From contig OZ024749.1 of NCBI GenBank assembly GCA_964016885.1, forward strand, positions 53,382,001 to 53,446,000: a DNA stretch of 64,000 nt, in the 5' to 3' direction. Below the pieces are notes generated by a model that made no database searches, was not told the DNA's origin, and worked only from the letters and a program-made list of their open reading frames with translations. The stretch is from Eledone cirrhosa. Taxonomy: Eukaryota. A program made the position numbers and the translations under genes. The number at the start of each line of letters is the position of its first letter. Position 1 is the stretch's first letter. Below are positions 25,092 to 40,138 of the stretch, piece by piece.

Positions 25092-25274
25092 AAATAATAA
25101 TAGAAGCTTCGCTGTAATATTTTTTACTATAATATAGTCTAATAACGAGGCATATAAACCCACTGAATGGAAAATGATGGGTGTCAGCTCCCATCTGTTT
25201 CCGTTCAGTGGGTTTATTACAGCGAAGCTTCTATTTCAATTCTAAACTCCACTTGCTGTGTTCCAAACATAATT

Positions 25275-25311
<37 letters not shown>

Positions 25312-27316
25312 GACTATTTTGCTGTAAGTAACAGACAATTTTTTCTACCATCTATGTAATATTCTAATGCTTTTACTTTCTAAATCTATATAAATCCAAA
25401 AGTAAAATTCTGTTATGGTTGTACAGTAAAAATGTTTAACATTTTTTAAACATTTTCTTTCGAATAATTTTAACCACTCAATATAAGGTTGCTATTGAAA
25501 AAGAAAAACGAAAAATGGGTTGGACATGATAAAACATATTTGCAGTATTTTTTATTTCAGTTTGGTTGTTTGGAGAATATTTAACCCTATAATTCCCCTT
25601 TTTCTGAAGCTTCCTTCCTTTGGTTTTATGATGGCCCTTATTAAATGGAAGCTGAAAGGTTTTTAGGGGTGGAAAAATACAACAAAAATGATCTGTATTA
25701 AAATGATTAATTCCTTCAGAAGAAATATTTTCTATGTTCAATGTAGCTCATCTTTGTTACATTGAGATATATTTTGAATGGCTCCAGCTGATTGTTATTA
25801 TTATCAAAACAGTATAAATACTTTAAGTTAACTACAAAGGAATCTTCAATATTCTTTTTATTAATTTCTTTTGGGGGTGAAGAGGAGAGGCAAACGATTA
25901 AATTGGTGCTTCCTTAGATCAAGATGTGTGGAATGGGCATCAATTTCAGTGATATTTTACATACTGCAGGGTGGGGAAGGAGACAAGCAAATTTCTGTTG
26001 ACTACATGGCTAACATGTGGTTAATAAAACCTACTGGGAGGGGGGGGGGGGGGAGACAACATTGTTAACATGTAGTAAACAAAAAACTACCGAAGGTGAG
26101 TGAGCAAATTTCTGTTGACAACATGGCCAACAAAAAAGAAAAGAAAACAAAGTGAGAAATTTTCGAGCAGTTGTGTGCCTTGTTAAAACTTATATCAAGT
26201 TGGACGTTTTTCCATGGTTATTGAGTTTCTCATGAAATTTTGTCTTTATTGTTAGACAACATATATGTATATATATATATATATATGCGTGTGTGTATAT
26301 ATATACATATGTCTATATATAGACATATGTGTGTATGTATATATGTATGTATATACACACTACATATAGTATTAAACTAGTTAGACCATTATTCAACAGA
26401 GTACTCGATACTTGGGATAGTGCAACTGTATAAGAAAGAGTCAGTGCCTGATGGAATTAGCTGTCAAAACAGCAAGAGCTCAGTTGTTGGGCCCCAACTC
26501 TTTTATGTACAGATAATTTAACATGCATTCACTGCTAAGAAGATATTAAACTAAATGATATGGACATGATAAGCACCAAAATGGAACCATGTATCTATTG
26601 CTTGCTGGCTGACCCTACGGAGCATCTATCACTATCCCCTTTTTTTCCTCTCAAAATTAGGCATTGTTTAATTTTTCACAAAACAATAATTTGTAGCTAT
26701 TTAGCTGGAAATCCTGTTCTATTAATGTCCCACTTTGACTTGGTGTTAGCACTGAGGACTAACCCTAAACTTAACCCCGTGAATCAAACGAAGAATCAAC
26801 TAAGATATTTTGAGAAGAGAGATAATGGTAGCTGCTTTCGGAAGTGATAGCTACATGGATCAAGCCTCCCCCCCCCCCCCTCCCCCAGTGGTCTTGGTGT
26901 TTATAACGTCTATATCTGTGTGATGATAGTCTGAAATTTTCAATCTCCAAAGTTTAATTATAATTAGTATTAAAATGGGTTAAACAATTGGTTTCAAATA
27001 CAATACAAATTAGCACCACCATCATCAAATGTTTGGACCTTTACTGTTGCTTGCTAACAATAACTTAATCCTTGTACAAATTGAAAATAAATTTGTGGAA
27101 TTGAAAATTTTGTTGAAAACGATGTTTTTTCTACTTTTTGCCAACTTTAATTTTTCAGATATTCAAACATCCACTGCATGTTTTAATTTTTTATGTCTAA
27201 ACGTAGATAAATAAAATAAAACTAAAAAATACCTTATTTCAATAATCAAATTTGGTGCCTAAAGAATTTCTTGCATCGAGAAACATTCCAGGTAGATATT
27301 TTATTATTGTGAGACT

Positions 27317-27487
27317 GCTGACCAAGATATTCTCATGGAATGACAAAATGAGGTTTATTTTTCAACATAGTCCTTGGAAAGAAACAATGCAGTTATTAAT
27401 AAAAGTTGAAATTAATGCATGCAACATTTCACAGCTCTAGGATCATTCCTTCATTGTCAGCTTATGAACTTTTCAGGCTACCTTCAT
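27317..27487. mobile_element. Partial mariner-type MITE (family of 7757)
   Basis: Shared internal sequence GCTGACCAAGATA.TCTCATGGAATGAC and right TIR. Confidence 0.7.
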
Positions 27488-27671
27488 ATTATTATTATTG
27501 TGGTAGAGATATTCTTTGTTGTTCTGTATATTCCTTCAGTCTCAATCTCACTAGAATTGAATAAAACATTCTAACAGCCATATAGTGTATAGTAAAGAGA
27601 ATCAGTTTAGAACAGTGAATTATTATGGGTAGAAATGCTAGGTAAAACAACTGTCAGTAGTACAGAGTATA

Positions 27672-27985
27672 TAACAGGGACCTCAGTCTATATAGTAGTG
27701 TCAGTAGTAGTAGTAGTAACAGAGACATCAGTCTATATAGTAGTGTCAGTAGTAGTAACAGAGACATTAGTCTATATAGTAGTGTCAGTAGTAGTAACAG
27801 AGACAGTCTATATAGTAGTGTCAGTAGTAGTAACAGAGACATCAGTCTATATAGTAGTGTCAGTAGTAGTAACAGAGACATCAGTCTATATAGTAGTAAC
27901 AGAGACATTAGTCTATATAGTAGTGTCAGTAGTAGTAACAGGGACATCAGTCTATATAGTTGTAGTAACAGAGACATGTCTATAA
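27672..27985. repeat. Minisatellite, unit about 39 bp (GTCTATATAGTAGTGTCAGTAGTAGTAACAGAGACATCA)
   Basis: About 8 tandem units with length variants. Confidence 0.9.
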
Positions 27986-30900
27986 GGAGGTGTAAGTAGT
28001 CACATTAGTGCAGTGAGTACAATAGAGATATTTGTTGGACCCTGTCTGCTTATCAATGGTTTCAGATCTGATTGTTTCTGTGAAGATCAACAACAGATTT
28101 AGATTTAACATTCATTGTGCTAGAAGCACCAAGATTCTTTGTACAGGAAGCTGAAGATTTCATGGCTTGGAACTGAAGCTGATGGATGATATGCTGAATC
28201 TCCCTGAGAATTACGTTAAGGGTACACATCTGTGTAATTCACATCGTTGAAAATGGCAGGGGCCCATTACACAGAGTAGAGCAAAGCAAATGAAGATCCC
28301 TATAAAGCTCTGCATGATATTCAATTTATTTATATCAATGCATTGATGTGCCATATTGAATCTCCCCGAGAAATGCGCGTTAGATACATATCTGAGCAAT
28401 GCTCAGCCACTTGCATGAGCAAGCTCTGTTGATTAAACTGGAACACTCATAAAAAAATAATGAAGTTCATTCTATTAATTTATATTAATGTCATGCTGAA
28501 TCTCCCTGAGAATTACATTAAGAGTACTTATGTCTGAACACTGCTCAGTCATTTACACATCAATTTCATGAACAGGCTGTTCTATTTATCAAACTAGAAC
28601 ACTGGAGGTTTCTTCCATTCATTTAAAATGTATTGAAGATGAGGATAGTCTGAGCTGGTAAAATATGAACTGAAGAAACAGTTGGTATCTGATCTAAAGA
28701 TGTGCCGTGTTCATGCAGAGGTCAAGCAACTGTACCCTAAAATTTATGAGCTTTGCTGGATTTTCTCTTCTGTAGATAAAGGTAATTGCAATAAACAGGT
28801 ATCTTCTTTATTGATGAGAAAATATCTCACCACTACTACATTCATCTACTTTGTGGTGACATGATAAAACCCTTCCATCACACACGATCCAACATTAACT
28901 GCCTCACTGCTTCACCAGATAATTCTGTGTGCTACTACATATAGCAACCAGAATTCAATGAAAAGCAAACCCTATGATCCCTGAATGATGTGGCTGTCAT
29001 TTCCCAGGGTTTTATATGTAATCTTTATAATGCTAGAATGTAGTACATAAAGGAAAATGTTTTGAATCACAAACACTTTGATACGGTTCATTACACTTGT
29101 GAAATAATAACTATTGTAAAACTAATTTGATATGAAAAAAAAAATCAAATCATTTAAAAATAGAAATAAAGAGAACACACCCAGAACATTCTGTAAAGCA
29201 CAATAAACACAGCCAGTACATTGTAGTGTTTCGGCCTTGCTAGTGTTAATCTGCACCTTGTAGTCTGAAGTGATTAATGAGAGGAAGGGCATCCAGCAAT
29301 AAAAACTTGTCAAAGGGGTCAGGAAGCCTTCAGGTGTGCCACAATAAAATGCACTTATATGATAATCATAGTGGTTGTTTTGTAGTTTTTCAAGAACGTC
29401 TTGCTGTGGTTTAATGCAATACAGGACTAAGTTCCATCATGTTTTATTGTTGTGTCCATAACCAAGACAAAATTCTTTCACATAGTTTTAGGTAAGATTT
29501 TACATTTTAAGCAGTGGAATTAACACAAAACCCTTTTTCACTGGAGATTGTTTCATATTGTAAGCAGTGGGATTAATATATCGATCCTTTTGATATCAAT
29601 CCATCATGAAAGGGCTAACAAATTCAGTGCAGCAAAATGTGATTGACTTGTAGTAGAACAAAAGAAATATCAGCTTCTATAAAGACGAGGATCATAATCT
29701 AATGAGATTTCATAACTTATTTACTTATTTTTGCTCCCCGTGGAGCATCAAGATATCATTCTGCACAATTGCCTTGCCACAGGCCAAGTATCTGCTAGTG
29801 ATTAATGAAGATAAGGTTGCTAACTTTACATGCCATACTTTCTCCCTTCTCAACACAGACAGAAAACTAGTATTTCAAAGTAACCCTAGATAGGGGCCAT
29901 TTCAAGTACTGTCAGCCAGAGCCAATTGAGTCCCAGACTCAAATCATTTCATTCTATTTTCAAAGGAACATTATTTAACATTATGTCCAGTCTTGAATTA
30001 AGGATTCTTGAAATTGTTTGACATCCACCACTTTACAGGGTGAACTAGATATTTTTCACCACAACACCAGTATGACCACCTAAGAGAAGAGAGTGGCCTG
30101 GATAGTTTTTTTTTGTCATGGTGCCAGCATGCCCACCTAACAGAGTGAAGTGAGTGCCTGTTCATTGTAATACCAGTACCTAGCAGATAGCTACTCTGTA
30201 TCTTGACGAGATTTCAGTTGCTTGGTCAATGGAAAAAGTAGTGGAACATTCCACATAACAAGGCTGGTCACTGGCCATTTGAATTACAGGTACAGTCCAC
30301 CCAACAGATTTCCAAATGGTTTCTGTCTACTCTATTTTACTCACAAAGCACAAGTTGATCCAAGGCTACGGTAAATGATACTCAAGATGACACATAGAAG
30401 GATCAAACCTGGGACCTGAAGATTGCAAAGTGGCAAGATACGTACAACATCCACCCAATCCACCTGTCACATCCTTCATTATCCATGTTATCCCACCAAC
30501 AGCTCAGTTTTGAGAACTTAATTCCTGAAATCTCTGAACTTATTCAACTTTCAATGAAAGAAAATATGGACATCAATTGTAGCCATGTTAACAACCTGCT
30601 CCGTATCTCTCGGCTACGTAGTATATGCTAGATATGTATACAAACATTGAATCAAACTCTGGTAGCTGCCTGGCAAATAGAATAAGCAAATGTGGGTATA
30701 ATATAAAGACAAACAAGAGCAATGGCAACACTTTTGTTTTATTAGAAACAGTAGTCAACAAAGTGACAATGTATTCTAAATGGAAAAATGTTGGACATGT
30801 TTAATGAAAATAAATAATGTGGAAAAGAATTTGTCAGTTCTCCACTACTTCACAGAAGATCTGAGGCTATGTGACAAGGATTAGGTTAAAAAAAAAAAAA

Positions 30901-31277
30901 AAATTAGAGAGAACCTGCAATTTAAAGAGCAGACATCTACTTTTGTTGTCACATATGTACAGGCAGGCTTGCAGAATCTGAGCTGAATACTTACAGACTT
31001 GTGTAGAACATGGATTGGAGGAGAAATAACTGCCTGACCATTAAACAAGCTGAGTAGGAGGAAGGGGGAGAAGGGCTGAGATAGAAAGAGAATAACTTGT
31101 GTAGCAGACACAACATCCTTTCTTTTTGTTAAGGTCATTGTATGCATCTTAACTGATGTATGGAAGTTGAGTTCCAGCGAGACAGCAAAAAACAAAGACA
31201 AAAAAAAAAAAAACCCACACACAAAACATAGACTTTATTATTAAAACTATGTTCTGAGCCATTACAAGGATTTGGTA

Positions 31278-31313
<36 letters not shown>

Positions 31314-31917
31314 CCCATAAAGATCTTTTATTAAAAGATTAATGAAAGGAAAACTAAATGTATGCATATTCTCATCTGCAAACTACAATTTCCTCAGGTT
31401 GAGAGAATTGTACCAAATAATTTGATAGTCCTGATCAATGGCTACTCAGTAATTTGCCATATCAAATCAGTTTATTTTTTAAAACATTAATCGCTGTAAG
31501 GCAGGTTAGTTAGTTACTTTACGTTTGTTATTTTCTTTTCTTCCGAACTATATTTCACTAAATATAGAAAAAGAATATTTTCATGTATCAGTTTGTCTTT
31601 GTTGCCAAACTGCTCAGTAGAACTGAACAATGGCTAAAGAACAAGTAGAATTAATAAGTCCCTAGTAGGGAGGGACAATAGTAGGATTGTCAACTCAAAT
31701 ATATGTTCAGTATGGTTAGGTAGGGAGGAGAAAGTCTTTGAATTTATTTGCCATATATTTCTTGGTTTAAAGATATTAAGCAAATATAGGAAAGGGGAAA
31801 TAAAACAAAGTAACATTGCATTATAAGTCCCCTTTTCCGCTTTCCCTTTGACAGCCAGTTTCATAACCAGTCAGTGATTTTCACACCTATTGCCATTGTC
31901 TTGATTAGTGTCAATGA

Positions 31918-32145
31918 TACTGCCACCAAGTAAAACAGTACTTGGTGGCAGTCAGCCCCTGTAAAGTAAAAGTGCTTAATTTACAGGGGCTGACTGCCAC
32001 TAAGTAAAGTGGTTTACTTTACAGGGGTCAACTGCCAACAAGTGAAATAGTTCATTTATTGGGGCTGACTGCCACTAAGTTATATGGTTCCTTTACAGGG
32101 GCTGACTGCCACCAAGTAAAATGGTTATTTTACAGGGGCTGACTA
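31918..32145. repeat. Tandem and inverted repeat, unit about 38 bp (TTTACAGGGGCTGACTGCCACCAAGTAAA)
   Basis: About 5 direct units preceded by an inverted unit (TACTTGGTGGCAGTCAGCCCCTGTAAA). Confidence 0.8.
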
Positions 32146-34448
32146 TCATAGACCAGAATCAGTAGGTAATAATTAGGTATAGAGGTATATCTGAAAGCCA
32201 CAACAAATATAATGACCAATATATATATATATATATATATTGGTTTAAGAACATGTCGAAGGCTTCAAAATGATATACATTAGATAAATGTTGTAGAATG
32301 GGTAATAATGTTAGTAATAGAATTAAAGGCAGCAATTGTTTTTTTTGGGGGGTGGGGTGGGGGATTTTTTTTTTTTTTAGGGGGGTACAAAAAGTTATAA
32401 GCAGACCATTCGTAAGAAGGGGAAAAAATAACATTTAAATAGGTTTTGTAAATATATGTACAAAGTAAGTGAAGAATATAAACTGTGATATAGTGAAAGG
32501 CAAACTTCTAAACAGAAAAGTTTTAAGTTGAAAGCAATTCTAGAGACTATTTATAATATATTTTACTTTGATTTAGTCATTTTTAGGCAAGCAATTTGTA
32601 GATGCATGTAAATACATCATAGAGAATTTAACAAAACTGTCTTAATAGTTAAAAATATTTAAATAAATTCCAAATAAACCTCCAAATAGTTGATAAAGTA
32701 GCAGGTGAAAGAAAACTTCAAAAATGAGTAAAACAAGTGACTATTGAAAAAAATATCAAACATTAGCAATGTCTAATTTAGTAAAGAAAGGTTTTACTTA
32801 GATTTTGTTTTTAGCACGTAACAAAACTTAAAATGCTAAGAGAGAAGAAACAGGCTTAAAAATATGGAAGATATAAAAAAAAAAAAATAAATAAATTCAA
32901 CTTTGGTTAAAAAGGAATTGCCGTAGATTAGATATATGTTTAGATAATCTCTCCAAGTGAAATATTTCTGATCAAGTAGAGATAAAGTATAAACAGGATT
33001 AGCTGCATCAAAAATGTTACCCTTCGCTTCCTGAATGGTTTCTATAAAGTGTTAAATATATGACAAAACAAAGCAAATGTGAAACATTTCGAAAGTTTGT
33101 CTTTTAGATTTATGATCTCTCTCTCTCTTTGCTACAGGATAAAATAGATGTCTTTGGAAAGGCATGCTGAAAAAAAAAAACCTTTCAAGATGACAACAAT
33201 ACCAAGCTGTTCATTATGAAACCATGCTGTAGAGTATTGTTTAATGCTTCAATATAACAGCCCATATAGCTAAACAAAGGCCAGAATTAGAAGTTGAAAG
33301 TGGTGGTAGTAGTAGTAACGGTAGTGGGCAAGATATATATTTTCTAGGGTGTTGTGTTCAGAAGTGGAAGGTCTTTGTTGTGTACTGATAGTTTACTAGA
33401 TTCAGAACCAACATAGAATAATAGTAATAAATAAACATTTCACGTTGTCACGTGACCACAAATTTGTAAAGGGGTTTATAGTGATTTAAACAAATCCCAG
33501 GTAATATTGTATTTACTTTGTGGACCCTACAGGGAAGAAAGTCAACCGTGATGGAATTTCAACTCAGTACAAAGCAAGAGAAATAAGATATTCTACCATT
33601 TTTGCCAATAACAATATTTAAATAAAACTGGAAAATATATTAAGTTACTAGAATTGAGACAAATATGTGTGTCTATATACATACATACATATATATATTC
33701 ATTCACCTTTGAAAGAATAGAATATACACATCTGTCTATTCAAATAAAAGAAATATGCATTGACAGTTTTTAACTAGGAACTGTTAATAAATAGAAATGT
33801 AAGTATGCGATGTGAAATATGTCAACATGTCTTAGCCATCATTACACACACAAATTGCTGTACAGTTCTGTATATCATAAAAACCATTAACACAAAGATT
33901 AATTATTCCACTCCTTAGAAAATCTGATTCCAGTCAACTTATTGCCATAACAGCTAGCAAATATGCAAAGGAAGATATTTAAACCTGATGCATTATAATC
34001 ACACACACACACAGAGATCAGGAGACTGTGTCTTGCTCCTACAGAACAGTTTCTAGCTTGGTTTCTACAGATGGAGGACCTTCCCAATGTGATTGGCATT
34101 AGGAAGCGCCTCCAACTGTAGAAACCAAGCCAGAAACAGTTGTCAGAGCAAGACAGTCACTTGACCTGACTTGTCTCACAACAGGATAACTTGTCTAACC
34201 CATGCTAGCATGGAAAATGGAAGCTAAACGACGATGACACACACAGACACTTCTTTGTATTAATACAATTCAACTAGGAGGAATAAAAAATATATGTAAG
34301 AATGATAAAGGGGAGGAGGTATATATATATATATATATACACACACACCATCATAAGCTATTGTGACATTGCTTGTTACATAATAGGCTTATTGTTAGAT
34401 AGAGGCTTTACACAAGCCAATTACTGTGGTATAAAGGAGAAGGAATAT

Positions 34449-34486
<38 letters not shown>

Positions 34487-34867
34487 AATTTTAACTGCTC
34501 AGAAACAATAAATCAAAGCAGCTTCAGAAAGGCTTTATTCATGTTTTAGTTGATTTAGTTGACCCATTGAATCAATTTTTAATAAGTATTTTTTTTTTTT
34601 TTTGTGAGAGTTCCGAATAATATTAGTAGAGCATAATTTTTCCAAATATTAGCAGAAATGTCATTTATTCATTTCCTAAATGCAATTTCAAAATAAAAAA
34701 TGATCAATTTACACAGAAATCAAAAAATCTCTTGGAAGAGAAAACACCTGTATTAAAAAGACTTTTTTTTCTTAAATATGATAATATATTCTCTTAATCT
34801 ATTTCATTCAGAGAAATGGAAAATAAAAAGAAAGAAAAAGTGTTACTGGGTGGAGAGTATATATATA

Positions 34868-34908
<41 letters not shown>

Positions 34909-35691
34909 TATAATATATATATTTATAATATAATATATTATATATATATTATATATATATCAATGGCCTTATATTAAATTAATTTACAAATATACTAAAA
35001 ATCAATTTGGTCACAATTTTGAAAATGTGTTGGGGGAAAAAATAGTTTACATTAAAAATAAAACAAAAAAAATTTGATCTGTTTAGTGTGTATGTGTATA
35101 TATATATATACACACACACACACATATATGTCTGCATGTATATATATGTATACACACATATATAAACAAAAAGAAACAAAACAAACAAGAAAATTAAATC
35201 AACAGTGCACAATAAAAAGAAAAGAGAGTTTAACCTATATCACTGATGGTATTTATTTGTTGCTATTTAAACGTCAACTTTAATTGCAAAATAGGAATGG
35301 CAAAGTAAAGAAGATTTAAAGACTGTTTTGTTGGATTTTGTTGTTTTTCTTTTTAAGTATCAAAATTAAAAAAGAAAATTGCTGTTCATAGTTTTAAAGT
35401 AAAAAAAGAGAAGAGAAAACACTGTTAGATGATTCTGTTGTGACAAAAGCAGAACAACTCTATTAAAAGCCATCATTGTTTTTAGCTCGAAAAACTAAAT
35501 CATAGAAAGACAAATTACACAACCAAATAAACACTAGTAGCTTCTTTGAAACACTAATCTATAATCAAATATTAGTAAATCACAAAACCAAAATTTAAAT
35601 CAATTTAGATTTAGTCTGTTAGTAGAGATATAATTATATTTCTATTGAATAATTTGTTTTTTTAAAAAAGCAATATCATTTCAGCAAATTA

Positions 35692-35733
<42 letters not shown>

Positions 35734-35809
35734 CATACACACATATATATATATATACATACACATATATTTATATATATATATATATATATGCACACAT
35801 ATATACAAT

Positions 35810-35862
<53 letters not shown>

Positions 35863-37028
35863 CACCTTTTAATAAATCTGTTTTGCTACATTACGACTAT
35901 TATTATAATTAGCATCACAGAAGTATTGGACCACCCAGAAGCAATGTTATCCAAATATTTTTTTTTTCCAAACTGGAGGGTGTGGGGGAGAACAGGAAAG
36001 AAAATGAAACCATTGGTAATATCAACAAACAAATATGTAAATAAAGGTGATTAACTCACCTGAACGAAACCTATTTCAATACAGGTATATTTAGCAGACA
36101 AGAGATACTAATCCTCTGTACTGTATATTAATTAAAACCTTAAGTGTTCACTTAAAAATCAAATAACACAAAAACAAAACAAAGGCAAATAAATAACAAG
36201 CTAGTTTTTTAAACTTCAAATTTTTCTTTTTCGATTTTTTTTAGAACTAAAACCATATATATATTTTTGTTTTTGTCACTGTCAATCCAGGTTAATGCAA
36301 ACAGAGAAACGAACTTAAGAAAATACACTAAGCATATTGAAGGAACGCTATGAAGAAGGTTAACAAGTAGAACTGCCGAGTTTTTAAATGAATAATACAT
36401 TTTTTTTTTTAAAAAGCACCAGAATTTATTATTTTCTTTTTGACAAAACTCAATCGTAAAAATAATTTAAACTCTCCCAGAACATAAAGCAATGAGAGAC
36501 AGCAAAAACATAAAATGCCAATAAAAAAAAAGTTAAATAGTAACGTAAGCTAGCTGAGAAGGTAGCAACACATATCTTAGAGAAAATAATTAGCTTCATT
36601 CTAAATATAATCCAATACTATAAGCAAATATTCCTAATAACTATTGTTTGTTTTTTTTAAACCTTTTTAAAGCAGGGGTAGGTTGTAGAAAGGTAAAGGT
36701 GGCAAGAAATTAGCAATTAGAGAGAAATGTTTGGCCCATATTGGTATTTCTTAGTAGATATTGTGTTTGAAAATGTTGAAGATAAAAATCATAATCAACA
36801 TATAGATATCATTGCTTATTAAATGCATTATATAGATTTTGAGGAGAATAAACCAAGACAACAATGGTTGTTTATGTAAGCTATCTAACTAAGAAGCCTA
36901 TGTCAGTTGCTTCTTAATATCGCATCAAAGATGAAACGACCGACCCAATTCCAATGTCTCAACTTTGGAGAGGTTTACATTTTAATAAATTTTATGTTGT
37001 CATATTTCACATAATGCAGATAGATACC

Positions 37029-37097
<69 letters not shown>

Positions 37098-38275
37098 AAG
37101 TGAGAGAAATGTTAACAGTAGTGGAGATAAATAAATATGTTGGCTTCTTTTAGCTAAATGTTGCTTATTCAATACATTTGATATGTAATGATTACATATT
37201 AGATAGGAAATTAGAACTATAATCACTACTGAAGAGAATATAGTAATATATATATAGTAATATATATATTGTGAAGTAAACCTATTAATGGGAAGACAAT
37301 TATACTGAGATTCAACCAAAACATTGACTTATATTCTCATCTATAGCAGTCATCTGTAATACTGTTAACTACTGTATATAGTATTAAAGGGCTGCGTTAA
37401 TATTATTGCAGTTTAAATAGTTGTAATTTTACCAAAAGTGAGATGAAATGAAATAAATAAGATGCCAAAATGATAAGTTCTATAAAAAAAAAAAAGTGGA
37501 TTTACAGACTGCAAATAAATTGAAATGAAAATAAAAGCAATCAAACATAATGAGGATAGATGGCAGCACTGATAGAAAGATTGCTGTTAATCCTCTTACC
37601 ATGAGAAATAAAACAAAAAAACAAAACACTACTCAATTAGGCCAACACGGATTGAAGGAATACACTCTGCTACCAGCAGCTTCAATATCTCAATTGTACA
37701 CCCTGCTACCAACATTGTACCTTTTTTTTTCTTTTTCTCTTCCTTTTTCTTATTTTTTTTAATATATATATATTATAGCAGAACTTAATAATTGTTACGA
37801 GAAGTTTTTTTATAACAACATTGTTACCTTCACAGTGCATGTCAACTTTCCCAACCTGTCTAGGCCAAATATACGATGCACTCTGAGACAATGTAGCAGT
37901 CAAAGCAAACCTAAATGCTTGACATCTTACGCAGAGATTGAGCTCAGTCCAGATTTGAAAATAAAATAGACTAATGTCTAGGCAATCCAAGGTAGTAAGT
38001 CATCCTAAACACACAGGAATACATTTTTTTTTTTAAAGAAACTTTTAAAAAAATTTTACTCATGTTTTTTCTCTAAAAACATTTTTTTTTTTCATGTAAT
38101 TAATCGTTAAATTTTTTGGAGCAGCAGCAGCATTTTTTCAGCTGTGTAGTCCATTCAATAAGCGTTGATCAGTAATTACTGATTTTTAATGTCTGCCTTG
38201 CCTGCAAACCTGACTTCAGTCGATTCTTTCAACAAGTCAGGGAAAGGGAGGGGATTTCAAAACCTGCAATTCTAC

Positions 38276-38802
38276 TCATTGTTCTCCATTAACAAGTTGT
38301 TCCTTTGATTTGCAGAAATGAGTAGATGCAGCAGTAGGAGAAGTTGCAGAGTTGCTTGACTTGCTCTTTATATTTTTACTGTCGGATTCACTGCTACTGA
38401 GTTGCTGTCGGGTTTGTTTTCGAGCATCTCGTTGTTGCTTTGGTGGAGAATCATTTTCTGTTTTCACAATTACAATTTCTTTTTCATTAGCCACCATACT
38501 GTTGTTGTTGTTGTAAGTAGAGCGGTTGCCTCCGAGCTGCAAATGCATCTGTGAGGTGAGAGGTGGGGGTGATTGAGAATGGTGGTTATTATGGACAGAC
38601 GTAACAGAGACAGAAAAATCTTCTGGCTTATGCATGTTGTTATTGTAACTTGGGCTCCTCATCATAGAACCAGCCCGGGATGGTGGTGCTGAGTAGCGGC
38701 CCCTATAATTAGATACACTTGTGTCTGTCTCCGTACCAGAAGCTGCACTGCCGTTACCTCGCAACCGTCTTCTACGCCGCCTTCTTTTATCCCGTCTACG
38801 AT
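38276..38802 (-). CDS. FMR1: Fragile X protein family (FMR1/FXR) terminal coding exon
   Basis: TCTTTCAG|AT, phase 1; DRRRDKRRRRRRLR basic tract and low-complexity tail ending LVNGEQ*; in frame with upstream exons. Confidence 0.85.
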
Positions 38803-39670
38803 CTGAAAGAGACAAAATTGAACAGTCAACAAACTAAAAGACATTCTTCCACCAGTTGCTAAGCAATGACCCTTAAATAGCCATCTTTTTATAGATCAAA
38901 CTTTACAAGTCTTTGTCTTTGATAATTTACTCATAATTAGAGTTTGACCGACAAAATCCCAGACCTCATTCACTTATTGAGTGCGGTGGAACTTATCAAA
39001 TCGGACCAAGGAAACTGTTTCCATAGGTCTTTCCATTACCGGGTGGAATGGAACTTATCAAATCGGACCAAAGAAGCAATGTTTCCATAGGTCTTTTCAT
39101 TGCTGATACTATCAATCAGTCGAAACTCCTGGCAGAATCATATAATTACATTTTCTTATTATGTTTTAACATCTTGGAATGATTTAATATAAAATATCTA
39201 AAAATAGGCTTGTTACTTCAACTGTTTGTAGTACTTTTACTAGTGGATAGCTCGTCGTGAAAATTTGCAGTAAACTAAAGTCATTATGGTGCTTTGCTAA
39301 TGTGGTAGGGAACGTTAAGACTTAAAACCCATATTACAATTCAATTTTGATTTAATTGTTAAATTTCTCTTGAAGCAATTGATTATAAATGTTTTAAACA
39401 TAAATAGTTTGTAGCTAAAAGTGTTTCAAAACACTTTCAGTTATCAATATCTTAACTTCATCCTATCTTGTAGTTATCAATATATCTTAACTTCATCCTA
39501 TCCAGCAGTTATCTGAATATTTTACTTAGAAATTAAGGCAAAACACAAGTTTTAGTCTTGTGCATTAATGATGTTGGTTGTAAATTGCATTGTTAAACTT
39601 AAGAGATATGATTGGCATGTATGGGTGAGAGCTGGTCTTCCACATAAAACAACATCCTTGTCCAGAGACT

Positions 39671-39816
39671 AATAACTATAATTGTTTCTACTATTGGCAC
39701 AAAGCCAGCAATTATCCCAGTACATTACTGGTACTTTATTTTATCAACCCCGTAAGGATGAAAGGCAAAGTTAACCTTGACGGGATTTGAACTCAGAATG
39801 GCATAATAACTATAAT
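39671..39816 (-). mobile_element. 5'-truncated family-A SINE with TSD AATAACTATAAT
   Basis: SINE core with direct repeats on both sides. Confidence 0.8.
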
Positions 39817-39874
39817 GGTACCAATTAACATAGGTAGATATTTAGACAGATATATAAATATATTTATTGCAAAC

Positions 39875-39979
39875 CTTGATCTTGGCTGTTTACACTTGCA
39901 TTGTCCAGCACTGTGTCTTCATCATCTGTTGTTCGACGACGGGATCTTTGATCTTGAATATCATCATCATCATAGGCAC
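39875..39979 (-). CDS. FMR1: FMR1/FXR exon
   Basis: GAYDDDDIQDQRSRRRTTDDEDTVLDNASVNSQDQ (FXR-type RRRxTDED motif); 105 nt, phase 1/1, AG/GT bounded. Confidence 0.85.
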
Positions 39980-40138
39980 CTAAACAACAGTAAAAATAAG
40001 GTTGTCATGTCTTTTGACACATATTGAAGGGTATTCCTAACCCTTTATATAAAATATTAATTAAACTAACTTTTCTATTTGTAAATATTTTTATCAGTTT
40101 CAAAGTATTCTCAAAGATTTAGCATCCATTTCTTTTAA

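Noticed and set aside
27635-27985. CRISPR-like array or repetitive membrane-protein ORF
   Set aside because: Units are contiguous without unique spacers, in eukaryotic context; it is a simple minisatellite. The same applies to 45069-45245.
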